Of a stretch of DNA of 64,000 bases, positions 37,583-51,424 are shown one piece after another (position 1 is the stretch's first letter; each line of letters opens with the position of its first letter). This stretch comes from Eledone cirrhosa (taxonomy: Eukaryota). A model generated the notes under the pieces. It was given only the letters and a program-made list of their open reading frames with translations. It had not been told where the DNA came from and made no database searches. The position numbers and the translations under genes were made by a program. Location: NCBI GenBank assembly GCA_964016885.1, contig OZ024746.1:46128001-46192000 (forward strand). Direction: 5' to 3'.

Positions 37583-38529
37583 CTATATATATGTCTATGT
37601 ATGAATAGATATATTTGTGTGTGTGTGTGTTTGTCTGTTATAATAATGAATGAATATTACATAAATTTATCTACTAAATTTCGTGGCTATTCATTAAATA
37701 TGTTTTATTACTTATTTAAAGATTCACCTTTTAAAATGTTCAAATGTCAACACTTCCGGTTAGCGATCGTTTAAATAAATATTCATATATTTCTGTCACT
37801 AATTTTCTCCTAATGCAGTTTATATATAATATCGTCTTTTATTAATGTATTATGGATTACGTTACTGATTACATAAGACAGTGTAACGCAGTCTTCGTTC
37901 AATTTCTGTGTATATTGTCAATTACGATTTTATTTGATGTATCATATCTACATGCATATATACTTGCGTATATCAATATACACACTACACATGCTCGCAG
38001 AAAAACTACCCGAAGTGTGGTTTTTCTGCTAGTTATATAAAATGAGTTTTAAAAAAAATAGTTAATAAATAATAGAGTTAATAAATAAATAAAACGTTAT
38101 ACTTGTTTCACCCTTCCATTTCCAATTAAATCAAACGCTATCATGACTGTATGTGTGTGTTTGTGTAAATGTATATGGGTGAATGTATGTTTGTGTCAAA
38201 GTATTTGTATTGGTGTGAATTATGTCCGTGAGTGTGTATTTTTATAAGTTTGTGTTTGCGCGATTATAGTTATATACCCATACATATAGATGTATGTATG
38301 TGCACACTCATACGTGTTAGTGTGTAGAAAATCATAATCTCTCTTTATCTCTCTCATCACACACTCTCTCTTTCTATATATATTGTAGTTGAAGTGGTGG
38401 TAGTGGCGACGATATACCGGAAGTGCAATTTTGAAAAGAAGTCAGTTTTAGATTATTTATTTTTACGAAATTATTTGTTTACGAAATTTAGCACATAAAT
38501 TATGTAATATTCATTCATTATTTATTCAA

Positions 38530-38735
38530 AGTGATTGGAGTTAGGAAGGGCATCCAGCAATAGAAACCAAGCAAAACATACAGATCTATATGATCAAGAC
38601 AGGATCTGCCTTGTCTCATAATGTGACAGCCATGCAAGTGTGTAAAATGGACGTTAAACGATGATGATGATGATGATGATATATATATATATATATATAT
38701 CATCATCATCATCATCATCATCATTTAATGTCTAT
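38530..38735. mobile_element. RTE-tailed SINE fragment joined tail-to-tail to a second tail
   Basis: gttaggaagggcatccagc ... tggacgttaaac(gat)n (at)n (atc)n tttaatgtcta. Confidence 0.75.
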
Positions 38736-40183
38736 TGGACACTAGTCCTTCATCAGAAAATAGAATGCAAAATTAAAGAAGAATCAGAAAGATTGAGGAG
38801 AGTAAGCAGTGGCAGAAATAAAGAAAAATTTCTTGGAGAGAAAGCAGGTCTGTTCAGATCTTGGAAAACTGTTGAATTCAGCATTTTCATATAAGAAGTT
38901 CGGTTGGCCGTTTTATGAAAGGCTGATACAAAACATTTGATTTTTGAGTTCTGATTATTTTTTCTGACATCCGTTTTATTATTGCTTATATAACAGAGTA
39001 ACTTTTTTTTTTTTTTTTTAAATATTTAGGTAATGCTAAACCAATTGCTTATTTATACTAATTCTTTTTTTTTTACATACATTTACTACTCTAGCATCTC
39101 TAGTTTCTTGGCATTAAGTAGATGGAAAAGAAATCTCTCTTTTATAAGAATGAGAATTTATCTTATATTTCCAGAATATCAGATACATATTCCTGACAAC
39201 TAGGTGAACTAAGTTTTATATATAAACTAAGTTTCCTTTGCAAACATATCTTTCCATGTTCAATTACTCTATGTGGCACTTTGGCAGATGTCTTTTACCA
39301 TAGCCTTGGATTGTTGAATCACTTGTATGTGGAATTTAGTATATAAAATCTTTGCCAAAGTCCATTGCGTGCATGTGTGTGTGTATGTGTTTATATTTTG
39401 CTAGTTTGCCTCTGAAAAACCAGTGCTGTTCAAACAAAGCCCTTCACGCAAAGTCACTGATGCTCTCTTGTCACTCTCAAAGATAAAAATGCAGTAAAAT
39501 AATTGATTGGACCACTGAAAATGTGCAACCAACAATGATGTAAAAAATATAAATAATATGTGTATACTTTCAAATACACAACAAAACAATCTTAGAGATT
39601 TTTAATTGAACACTTATGAAAATGTAATCCAATATCTCATTCATTCAACCATTTCTAACAGCCTAAAATGTTTTTTAAAATCAAATATATAGTTTCTGGA
39701 AAATATAATAAAATATCTTCAAAATTTAGAAAACATTCTCCTTCCACTTGACACTCATTTATATCTATGTAAACTAGAACTATGCCATTCACATCATATG
39801 TTCTTGCAACCCTTTTGCTAGTAGCTTCATATCTTAACTCAATCAGTATTTTAAATGGATATAGTGTTATATATTTTATTTTTATATGTTAAAGGGAATT
39901 ATTATTTTTTTTCTATAAAGGTTGCCACTTGTCCATAATTTAAACTATCTACATCACACCAAGTATTCATTCAAGATGATAATGAATTTGCAAATAATGA
40001 TGAAATTGATGATGATAGCGTTAGTGATAATGTTACTAATGATAAAGCTGTTCAATATAACAAGGAACTGTAATAATTCAATAAAAAGAGAAATAGATTT
40101 AGGTAAAATATTTTCATGCACATACCATTAGGAGAAAAAGGTGGTTTATTTCTCTCAATCGAGATGAAGGAATAGGACATAAA

Positions 40184-40393
40184 ATAACTGTTTCTGATTT
40201 AGGCACAAGGCCAACAATTTTGGAGGAGAGAAAGTCGATTAAATTGACCCCTGTGCATTACTGATGCTTCATTTCATCGACTCCTTAAGGATGAAAGTCA
40301 AAGCTAAACACAGCAAGATTTGAATTCAGAACATAAAAAGATATAACTCTATGCTGTAAGACATTTTGTCCAATGCTCTACTGATTCTGCCAA
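40184..40393 (-). mobile_element. Older tRNA-SINE variant
   Basis: ggcacaaggccaacaattttggaggagagaaagtcgatt ... ggatgaaag ... gatttgaattcag; matches 15600-15770. Confidence 0.8.
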
Positions 40394-41144
40394 ACAAAAT
40401 AATAAGAATAACCTACTTCTCAAATATATGATGTTTTAAGATACATTAAATTAATCTAAATAAATATAACAGGATAAATGTCTTCAGCATAGGACAGGAG
40501 AGCTAATTGGAAATATGTGTGAACATGTCTTTATGTACCAGTAAAAAAAACACAAACTCATTATACATACATATGTATACATACACACAGTTACACACGC
40601 ACGCACACCCACATGTATACACGCACATGCACACACACATGTCTATATAAAAACGAGTCAGGTAGTTGGAAGAATAATATTCATGATTGTCTTATGTTAT
40701 TCTCTTCTTTCCAATATTTTACTAACTATACAATATTGTTGTTTAGTTATTATGTGGATGGTGTCCAAAACAAATCTATGCTGTCAGTATTTCTTTTACC
40801 TCATGCCAACAAGTGTACTATTTAGCATATTTATTTAGTGATTTGCTTACTAATACTTTGGCAGCTATACAAAGGGACTATGTTCTGATAAAGAAGCCTT
40901 TAAAAAAAGAAAAGAAAAAAGGGGTCAAGATAAATTACATCCAGAGTTGTCTTCTATATTTGGAAATGGAAAATAATAATATTTGTCGTTAACAAATATT
41001 ATTATGTTATATATAAGAATATAATTTAGTTTGCTGTTTTAATGATAAAATATAATTCCACTGTCAAAACTATCCAATTATCATGTCGACAACATCCAAA
41101 ATATATTTCATCTGTTTGTATACATACATGACACACATATAAAT

Positions 41145-41186
<42 letters not shown>

Positions 41187-41221
41187 ACACACGCATGTAT
41201 ATATATTCATTCAAATTATAT

Positions 41222-42038
41222 AAATGGCCATGTTTGATATGCAGAAAAGGAACTGGCATAAATCCTATAAAATGTACACAATGCAGATCTTGGGTACACA
41301 AGAGATGTAGTGAGATAGCAGGCAAACTAACAGGTAGGGAGAAATACGTACGCAGTAGATGTACAGGGAAATTTGACAGACACATTTTTCAAATGCAGGT
41401 GGGTGCTATAGAAGTCGTTGATAGCTTCCGGTTCCTAGGTGATCAGATTAGCATGGGAGAGGGGTGGGGTGTTCCGAGGCCATAGTATCTAGAATAACGA
41501 TGGGTTGGAAGAAGTTTAGGGAGCTGCTTCCTCTGCTGACGAAGAAGGGTTTCTCCCTACGGTACAAAAGGCCAGTTATATGATGCCTGTGTGAGGTGCA
41601 TGATGCTGCATGGTAGTTAGAAATGGGCAGCAACTGCAGAGGATATGCGACGGCTGCAGAGAAATGAGGCAAGCATGCTCCGTTGGATGTGCAATGTCAA
41701 TGTGCGTGAATGACCGAGCATGGATGTGTTGAGAGAGAAACTGTCTGAGAGGGATAAATTGTATTGTGCGGAAGAGGAGACTGCGATGATATGGACATGT
41801 TATGTGCATGGAGGATGACCGATGGGTGAAGAAGTGCCAAGAAATGCCAGTTGAAGGAAGATGTAGTAGAGGAAGACCACAAAAAACATGGGTGGAGGTG
41901 GTGAGAACAGACCACAGATCACTGAAGCTCACGATGGAGATGACGAAGGATTGTGACAAGTGGAGAGATGCTGTGCTAAATAGGACCCGTCCCACCCTTG
42001 CAAGCAGGGAAAAGCGGACATAAAATGATGATGATGAT
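41222..42038 (+). mobile_element. 5'-truncated RTE LINE, family B
   Basis: Colinear with 6978-7767 (KWPCLICRKG..., GRPQKTW, same tail). Confidence 0.95.
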
Positions 42039-42173
42039 AACATATGTGTATATTCCTTAAATCATTTTTATAAATTATATTAACCCTTTTGTTACAATAC
42101 TTCTGAAATATACTGCCTATAATTTTTAGATAATTTTAAAAATAATCAAAACCTTTGAGGGATTTAGTAATAT

Positions 42174-42910
42174 ATTTGGATACCAGGCCATACAGATATT
42201 AGAGGAAATAGGAAAGCAAACAAATTAGCAAAATAGGGAGCACAAAGGGAAATAATAAATATAGACTACATCTTAAATCTTTTGCAGGTAAAATCATTTA
42301 ACAAACATATAATTAGTCAAGGGAGGAAAAACATTTGGGGAAGTCTCCAGAGATAAGCTCACAAACTTCAATCACCCACTTTCTTAATCAGATTTGACAA
42401 CCTATCAATTATCAATTCATTAAGTAATGCTAAGCTTATCAATTCATTAAGTAGTGCTAAGCTAAAAAGACTATATTGGCTTTGAACTGATCATATTCCT
42501 TTGAACTACATTCTATCATGACCAGGTCGTAGAGATTGACCTCTATGTTCTTGTGGTGACTCTCCAGAAACTCATTGGCACTATTTGTTCAAATGTAGAA
42601 GCTATCAATCCGAGGGAGAGGCCATATTGAAATAAATCTTTAAAAAAACTACCAAGATTGGAAGTTCAATATATGATTAAAGGTCTACTAAAATATATAA
42701 AAACCTTTGAGTACAAAAAGATTCATCAATAGAAACTTCTAGATGTTTTACAGCTTCCCTTGTGTCCTATTTTCCTTTTCTTTTCCGTTTTCTTGCGTAT
42801 AATCTGCCTTCAATATTTGAAATTTTTATCTTTATTTTATTTTTTTATTTTTTAGTCTGTCATAGTTCATTAGCTCTATATGGACCTTTGATTTGATCAA
42901 ATAAATAAAT
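42174..42910 (+). mobile_element. Decayed 3' end of an RNase H-containing LINE (I/R1/Loa-like)
   Basis: WIPGHTDIRGNRKANKLAK*GA (RNase H C-terminal motif) and LCSCGDSPETHWHYLFKC (CCHC knuckle). Ends in (aaat)n. Confidence 0.75.
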
Positions 42911-45314
42911 ATGCTCATAATTATCTATTTACACCATATTTTAGTCTCATCTTTAAAAAGTATTATTAGTCCCATTTTGGTTGATTTTACAAAATACTTT
43001 CGAAATTTAAAATAACCATTTCAACTAAGTTAATCATACTACATTTCTTAGATATAACTTTAAGCTTAGCAACCAACCACCACAAACCCTTAAAAAAACA
43101 ACAAATGAAAAACTAATTTGCGTACATAATGGACATTTCCACACACCTGTAGTATTTAAAACAGTAATATGAGTAGAATTACTTTCAGATCATTATCCAA
43201 TAAGGAAATTTTCTTGAAGCCAGTGAATTCAAAGAGAAGGTAACATTTGCAAAGCACCCACTAACAACAACAACAACAAAAAACTTGAATGAGAAGAATA
43301 ACAAGGTTTACACCCCCATTCCTATCATGGCCATTTCTGGGTGTGAGTGTACATTGGAATAAGAATATTTGAAATAAATGTTTTTAACACTATTATCATT
43401 ACAGACTAGAATTTCTTGAAACGTGGTGATATTGAAAAATAGTATCATAATAGTAGAAGTATTTCTAGCTAGGCGATCATTTTTCAAACTATTAACCAGT
43501 GGTGGGGCCTCAGAATTAACTTGGCAAGAGTTGAAATAAGCATTATGAACATAGCTGTCAACAGTTCTATATTCATTTTCAATATCAAATTTCCTGGTCT
43601 GATCACTGGTGTCTGTCTGCATAATTGGTTTAGTACCACTAATACTGTCAGTATCCTCTTCAGACTAAAAATTATCAGAACATTTACAGTTTTTCTCACC
43701 TAACTACTCTTCAAAATTGCTTTGGCCCAATAGATTCAGCACTTCCTGTATATTTTACGTCTCGGTCATGATTTTGGCAAAATTCATGGAAAACTTAAGT
43801 CAGATAGCAAACCTTCTAATTGCAGGGATTTCAGCTATTGTTTATCATAATACTATAAAAGGACTAATTTGATCTGCCAGCTGGTTGCTAAGGAATAGAA
43901 ATTTGTAAATAACACTATATACAAGAAAAAACTTTGGCTTGTCAATGTTTTTATGATTAGTACATTCAAGACAAAAAAATTTGGCATGTTTTATTCAAAG
44001 AGTTGATAGTATAAAAATGATAATCTTATCAGAACTCCATATTTCTGTCCTTAAAAAAAACATGCTTTTATTCTGTTTAATAAATATTTATTTCCTTGCT
44101 CTAGTAGAAATGAAATTACAAATGTCGATTATTAGATATAACACTAGAATTATAAATTAGATTATTGACTATAGGATTACAATGTCCAATAAACAATTAC
44201 ATTTTTGAAGTGTTAGATCCTGCTACTGGCTATAACTCCAGGATAGTGTTTGGTGTGATAGTGAAAGCTAATAATTCACATCAGTTATATAGCATTTTCA
44301 CTCTTTGAGAAGTAAAACTATATTTATCTTCCTATGGTACCTATTTTCCAGCTAGAAGAGCAGAGTTATAATGAAGAAACAAGTACAAGAATGAAATATG
44401 AACCAGTGAATTTTAATAAAATATGACATTTATTCAGTCTTCACAAAATTCAGTATATTGATATTCAAAATTGTTTCCCTATCAAAATTCAAAACATTTC
44501 ATTTGAAAAGAACTGTATGATTTTCAAAAGAATGAATATGAAAGCACTCTGCAATTCTTAATATACAAGCCATTTCAAACAGTGACAAAATATATAATCA
44601 TATTAAATCAATTTATTATTATCATCATCATCATCATCATTATTATTATTATAACCAGAAAAATTACTTTAAAACCTAAATAATGTATTTGAGGAAAATT
44701 AGATTACATTAATGGAAAGCATGCTATCATTGCATGCATACTTGAGAGAAGATTTTGAACTAAAAAGCATAACTTAGATGATAATTATATTTATCAAATA
44801 TATAACTATCTTCTGAACATTCTATTTACAAGAGGTTTTTCCATGCAGATTAACAAAGTATGATATAAAAGATTAGAAAGTGAAGAAAAATATTTCAGAA
44901 GATATCTTAACATTTTACTTAAATCAAGTATTGCAGTCACTGCTTAGTGAGTAAATACTAGCAGCGAGGAAAAGATTTCTTTTTAAATCAGCCTCTTGGC
45001 AATAATGAACAAACAGCAACTGTTTTGCTGAACTGAAAACTAGCAATGTATATATATATATCAGCTTATTAAAGACAACATGAAGCTGCATAAGACACAT
45101 CAAGTCCAAATTTCCAAATTTAGTTTTGTCCTGTCTTGTCTTCAAAATCTCTTGTTCCAGTCATGCCTCTAAAGTGGCAAATATGGTATCTTGCCAGACT
45201 AAGAAAATAAAGATTTGAATTTAGGCTAACAAATGTGTGTGTGTGTATATATATATATAAACAAATTTTTCTCAAAAATGGAGTTGAGGTATGAGTGTAT
45301 TAGAATTTATAGAT

Positions 45315-45464
45315 TAATGAGAAAAATCAACACAAGGATATCTGCCAAAACAGTAAAATGCTGTCAATGACAGCGTTGGGTAAAATTTGAGGTCAGATTT
45401 TACCCGATGACGTCATTTTGCTGTTTTGTGGCAACTATCCTTGCATTGATTTTTTTTCTCATTA
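45315..45464. repeat. About 150-bp imperfect palindrome
   Basis: Nested pairs taatgagaaaaatcaa/ttgattt..ctcatta, caaggata/tatccttg, aaaacagtaaaatg/cattttgctgtttt, gggtaaaatttga/tcagattttaccc. Confidence 0.85.
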
Positions 45465-47690
45465 TTCTCTCTCTCCTATATATAAAAATATACGTAAATT
45501 TTGCTACAGTTGGGCATATTGATATGATAAGGTATATTATCTCAGAAAAATTGTCCTTACAATTGCTATGTATTACAATATCTATACATGTTTCTCTCAG
45601 TGTACCTTGAGATGATGGTCTGTTTCTCTATAGAATTTATTCATTGCTTCTGCTTCTTCATATATATATAACCTTTCTCCATCCAAACCTGAAAGAGCTG
45701 AAATAGCTTTACATTGATAAGTAGGGCACTCAGCTCACGAAAAACACACCTTTATGATAATTACTGTATTTTCTTCGCCTCTGTCCAACTTTTCAGTTGT
45801 CATGGCATTATTGTGTGTCTATTAAAAATCTAATCCAGTATCTTAAGGGAGTTTTGATGCTGAAGCAATGATTGACATTTTAGTATTTCTTACTATTACA
45901 TTCTATAATGGCAAACAGCATGTTTTATTGAGTTGAAAGTTTTTTTGTTTTTTTTCAAATAAGTAAAAGTAATTTAACTGTTCTCTGATACACAATAGTT
46001 CATCTATATGTTCTCAAACGAACATTTGTTGAATGCAAGATGTTTTTAAGTAGATTGTTGTATTTGCAATCCTTTGTTGTTTACTCAGATTCAGTTCAAT
46101 GCTACAAAACTACATATTATGTCTACTGATGCATGTATGTTAATAATTCTGATAATATTCTTGCTATTCAGAATTATGTTTTCGAATAAGAATACTAATT
46201 CCTTATTACCACAGCTTTCACACACACAACTTTGCTTTCATCTACATTGAAGTATTTATAAAATGAAAAATTATGGAGTCATTCATCTTTTATCTTCCTT
46301 GTCAGTCTGCCATGTTATGATGACAACTTTCTAAACTAGTCCAGCCTAAAAGATATGTCAATGCTTTCACTAAATTGTTTGACAATATTAAGGAAACTAC
46401 TTAAAGAATATAAGAATGCAATATTCATGACAACAGAAAAATGGACATAGAAGAGAAAAATATAGTAATTATGATGAACAGCTTTAAAGGGGCTTTACAT
46501 GAAATGAGTACTGAACTTATCAATAAAAAAAACTATTTCAGCTAATTCTGATTTTCATGAAAAAAGATTAGATATATAAAGCAACAGAAGCAATGCAAAT
46601 TCTATACAGGATCAGACCAATAATTTCAAGGGATATTGAGAGAAACATTTATTGTTACTGTACTACATGTAGTAATCTAAACCTTTAGCATTTAAACCGG
46701 CTGTATCCAACCAGAATTCTCTCCCCTCTTTCTGTTCAGACTGGCCATAACCAGCCACTCATACTGATGTTAAGGTATTGTTCTCAAAATTTATAATATC
46801 AAAATCTCATAGATTCGATATCATGTCAGATAATTATGTGAGATAAAGACTTTACCATGAAAATATAATAGTATATATAGAGTAATGTAAATGCCATAAA
46901 TAAGATACTTCTTTTTTTATAAATTTCTTAATAATAAGTATAATCAGTGGCGTGTTCCTGGATATGTGTGTAGGAACAGCTGCACACCCCCAAACCTTTT
47001 GTCATAAAATTATGGAAGCCTGCACCCAACAAAATGATCGGAGCAATACACTTATGAGTATAACAAAAAGTAAGCAAAATTACCTTGAAATATCCAAATG
47101 TATATCTTGCCATGGCTAAAGATAACAGAAATATCTGCATGTCCTTTATTTCGATAAACCAATCATGTGGGATTGAATGAAAACCATTTTTGTGATGAAT
47201 TGTCCGAATAAATATTAGTTTCATTGTTGTATAGGATTTGATAAAACATCCCTTCTGATCAATACCAGTTTATTGAATCTTTTTAATATTCCCTTATCTT
47301 GTTGAAAAATATTTTAGAGAGCAATTTTTAAATTGTTGGTAGACAAATTATGAGGAGTTAGTAGTTAGATAGATCATACATCGATCACATTTTGCTAAAA
47401 AGGCCATTGTTATTTTTCCGTTTAGAATTAACCAACTTACTGACTCAAGGACTCTAAAAATGCATTAAAAGCCAATTTAATCAGGTTGAGTGATAACTAC
47501 AAATAAATATGTTATAATGGTTCAAAGAAAGTCGTTCAGTGTTTATTGCTGTTATAATATCCCGAATTAAATCATCGATTATTTCTGTTTTATTTAAATC
47601 TCTAAATTTCCATAGTACTTTTTTTTCTTCAATGCAGTACCTTTTCCATCTATTATTTATAGTGGATATTTGTATATTTATTATTGTTAA

Positions 47691-47897
47691 CCCTTTAGCA
47701 TTTAAACCGACCCTATCCAGCCAGAATTTTCTCACCTCTTTCTGTTCAAACTGGCCATAACAGCCACTCATACTTATGTTAAGGTATTGTTCCCAAAATA
47801 AATAATATCAAAATCTAATAGATTTAATATTATGTGAGATAAATCCTTTACTGTGAAAATACAATAGTATATATAGAGTAATGTAAAGGCTAAAGGG
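47691..47897. mobile_element. Intact piggyBac-like TTAA MITE (other copies about 46680-46895, 51345-51650, 54312-54515)
   Basis: TTAA-ccctttagc ... gctaaaggg-TTAA. Interior matches 31822-32225 without the SINE. Confidence 0.88.
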
Positions 47898-49486
47898 TTA
47901 ATGTTGTTTAGCTTCAGATGAATGAACCCATATTGAGTAAACCTACAATAAAACTTATTCTAGCTGAGACCATCCCGTGTTTTGTTTCTGACATTACATA
48001 CCCTAGATTACATCATCCAATGTGCCATGCTTTAAAAACAGTAATATCTGATTTGAAGTAGATATAGTTGCTATTTTTAACAGATTGAGTGACCACATAG
48101 AACCTCCTCATTAACTTACTACCTTTGCTATTATCATTGCTGTTGCCATAATCAATGTTTCCTTTGTTCGTTCTGTGATAATTTAAAATTACGTTTTGAT
48201 TGTTATTATTCTGTAGACAAGGATTTGATTTAAAAACAAATTTCTTTGTTTCTATGACAATTTGTTGTAAATTCCCAATTGAATTAGAGAGATAAAATGT
48301 TTAATAAAGCTACCTAAAACCTGAAGCAGAATGCATCATTTGTTATTCATTTAAAATAAATTTCTTTTGTCTGGTTATCCCTAATCATATTCTTTTCAAG
48401 ATATAATTCATATCTTTTTGTTTTAATGATAGAAGGGATTTGATTTGTTAAAGATTATCTTTTAAACTATCATTTAACTTTGTACATGGAGCCATTCTTA
48501 CTCCAGCCCTTGAAACGGCCCCTGGTTCTACGATGCAAACCTGCTTATTTTAATGTGTTTATATTTATTTAAAAACCTTCCATCAGACTTTTATGTTAGC
48601 ACCTTTGTTAATTGATACTCTAAACATCAACCTCATAATGTGAAAGTTGTAATGCTACAAATTCTTGATTATTTTCAAAATTATTTCAAAATCATTATAA
48701 ATATGGTAACAAAAGAGTTAATTGCATGGAAAAAGGAGATATTTTAGTCATCATCAATATTAATTTTACATTATCATTGACAACATTCTCACTGTAGCAA
48801 TAATGAACATCATAGTAAACTAAAATATCTATCTATATATAAAATATCTATCTATATATAAATCAGTTAATAAAAGGTTAATCAGGTACTAAAAGTGAAA
48901 ATCATTTGTTTTATTATTCTCCAGAGGCATTAAATTACATCAGTAGTCAGGATATAACTGATTGCTACAAAGAATGTAAAAGGATTTAATATCTTACTGT
49001 ATTGGGTTAAAGCTAAAGTATTAATGTAATAAACTGTAAACCTATTCACAAATAAGTTAATAACATTAGGCAGGAAAGAAGTATGTTAACTGTTCTATTT
49101 AGAATATATCAGCCAAAAGCAGATATTAACAAGGTGGAAGAAGACTAGTAAATGAGATTAGTATGAGATCACCAATAAAGGAACATATAAATACATTACA
49201 AACATAGCTGCATATACAGTCAAACAGTATAAGATGAAATTGTTATCCATTTTTATGAAAGTTGACATATACTATCAAATGTTTGAAATGAAAATGGAGT
49301 GAGTAAACAGTGATAAGAGTCCTTGGAGAGGACACATAAAATCCAATTAAAGAAAAAAACGGAAACTATATATTATAGATATACGGTGGAAATATATTTC
49401 TACATCATCATTATTTTGTCAGGGTTCATATAACATAAAATTAAAACTAGACTCCAAGGAATCTGGTGAGTGTCTATTCAAATAAT

Positions 49487-49671
49487 TGTTTCTACTTTTT
49501 GGCACAAGGCCAGCAATTACTCAGAGCATTACTGGTACTTTATTTTATCGACCCGTAAGGATGAAAGGCAAAGTCAACCTCAGCGGGATTTGAACTCAGA
49601 TCGTTAAGGGACGTAACTATGCTGGAAAGCATGGCATCCGACCCTCTACCGATACTGCCAATCCACTGCCT
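49487..49671 (-). mobile_element. Full-length tRNA-derived SINE
   Basis: Same family; gtgtctattcaaataat is duplicated on both sides. Confidence 0.9.
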
Positions 49672-50233
49672 AATGTGTCTATTCAAATAATGTAAACTAA
49701 CAAGAATTTTATTATGAGTTTCAGAGTTCAGTTTTAAAGACTGATATTGAAAATCTCTTTAAAGCTTCTTAAAATTAGTGTCTATTTATCAAGAGCTAGT
49801 TATTTATCACAGTTAGTACAGAAAACTTTCTACAAAGTTGACAGAAAAGAGAAAATATAATCAAAGTATAAACCACAAATATTGTCACAAAATGAAATAA
49901 TCCACAGTAACATGAAACATGATTGTACACACATGTTAAAGGCTAAGAGATTAGACAAAAGATGGCAAGTATCTGGTTATAAACATTCTAAATTACATAC
50001 GAACAATGAGACAATTTTTTATTTGAAGAAAAACTATTTTCTAATTACAAAACCATAGAAATAGAAATATTTAGAGTGCAGGTGAAAGCACAAACAATTG
50101 CAATAAAAACACCATGATCAGAATTTCAATGCAACAATAAAGTGTGATTGGCATAAACCTGTCTCTCTGAATGTAAATTTGAAAGATGCTTAATCTGTCT
50201 TTGTTCAGTTAATCTCATTACTACCTCATATGT

Positions 50234-50353
50234 GAAGGTGCATGATTTAGTAGTTAGGCTGATGCACTCATCATTGTAAGGTCATGAGTTCAATTTCTGG
50301 ACGGAGCAGCATATTTTGTTGTTGAGCAAGGCACTTTATTTCATGTTACTTCA
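50234..50353 (+). mobile_element. Degenerate CORE-type SINE head
   Basis: tRNA-like head (gagttcaatttc) followed by ttgagcaaggcactttatttca. Confidence 0.6.
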
Positions 50354-50599
50354 AGTCATAAGGTCAAATAATAGAGGTAGCAGAGAAATGGTGATTGTGT
50401 ACACACACAGACATAGATATACACAAGCATATAACAACACATACACACGCATAAATATATATTTATATATATATGTTTTTGCCAATTGATGACACTACAC
50501 TAAAGAAACTTTTATAAATTGGCACAAGAGTGACATCAATTGCACTTTTTGAAAATACTCTTAAAAGATAAAATTATGTTGATGATCAGGGCCACATTC

Positions 50600-50679
50600 T
50601 TAATAGATAGCAAGAGCTCTGTTTGTAATGGGGGTCCTATTCGGTGAGGGAACCCTGTTTGATAAGAGCGGTCCAGCAC
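50600..50679 (-). CDS. Candidate terminal coding exon, gene unassigned
   Basis: Strong acceptor ttacttcttttccAG and locally raised GC. Phase-1 reading AGPLLSNRVPSPNRTPITNRALAIY-stop. No recognised homology. Confidence 0.3.
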
Positions 50680-51424
50680 CTGGAAAAGAAGTAAGATAGA
50701 GTCTCTTTTCTGAATTGAAAGCATTATTATAAATGGTTGTGTAAAAGCAGGTTAACCAGTAACAAAGTGTTAAGCATTTATTAATATTTGAAAGGAGATA
50801 TATCACTTGCCACATATACATTTACAACAAAGTTTCAAATGGAAAAAACTGTTTTCTTTCCTAACAGTACAATAGATAGTGGCTGTAAGCCAAATAACAT
50901 ATGAAAGATATTGGAAATGTAAAAAAAATAAAATGCCTATTGATACAGAATTCTATTTCAAAAATATATCGCAGAAATAAAATGATGATGATAAAACAGG
51001 CTACTCATGAATCATTACTTCAAATCAACTGAAGATGTTTCACTGCAATTCTAAACAGAAACGTTTGTATTATTGCCTAGCTATAGTAAATAGGTGACAA
51101 ATCACTTCTGGAAAAGTTACTTACAATAGACTAAGACTTGTTTTTTCATCTTCTTAACAAAATGGAAATTGGATGAGTATGAGTCCAATTTATCCTCATG
51201 ATTCATGAAAATACAAATGTTTGAAAACTCCACATACCTAATATATCAAAACCAGCATCACAAACAACAGGATTTCTGTTGAGAACCAGAAGGCATTTCA
51301 ACACTTTACATAGCTCAAGTAAGACTCACCCTGGGGTACTACATGTACCTAACCTCATTCTGTTCCAACCAGCTGTAAGCAGTTTCTCATACTGATGTTA
51401 GGTATTGTTCTTAAAATAAATAAT

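Larger units (their letters stand above)
33726..38032 (-). mobile_element. Decayed autonomous-type Helitron block with inverted CTAG/hairpin termini
   Basis: Contains a Rep-helicase pseudogene. Both ends are hairpin + CTAG, and about 90 bp at the two ends are mutually inverted. Confidence 0.85.

Noticed and set aside
37001-37774. 257-aa ORF and overlapping ORFs on both strands
   Set aside because: Open only because the 27-bp GC-rich minisatellite and (TA)n lack stops.
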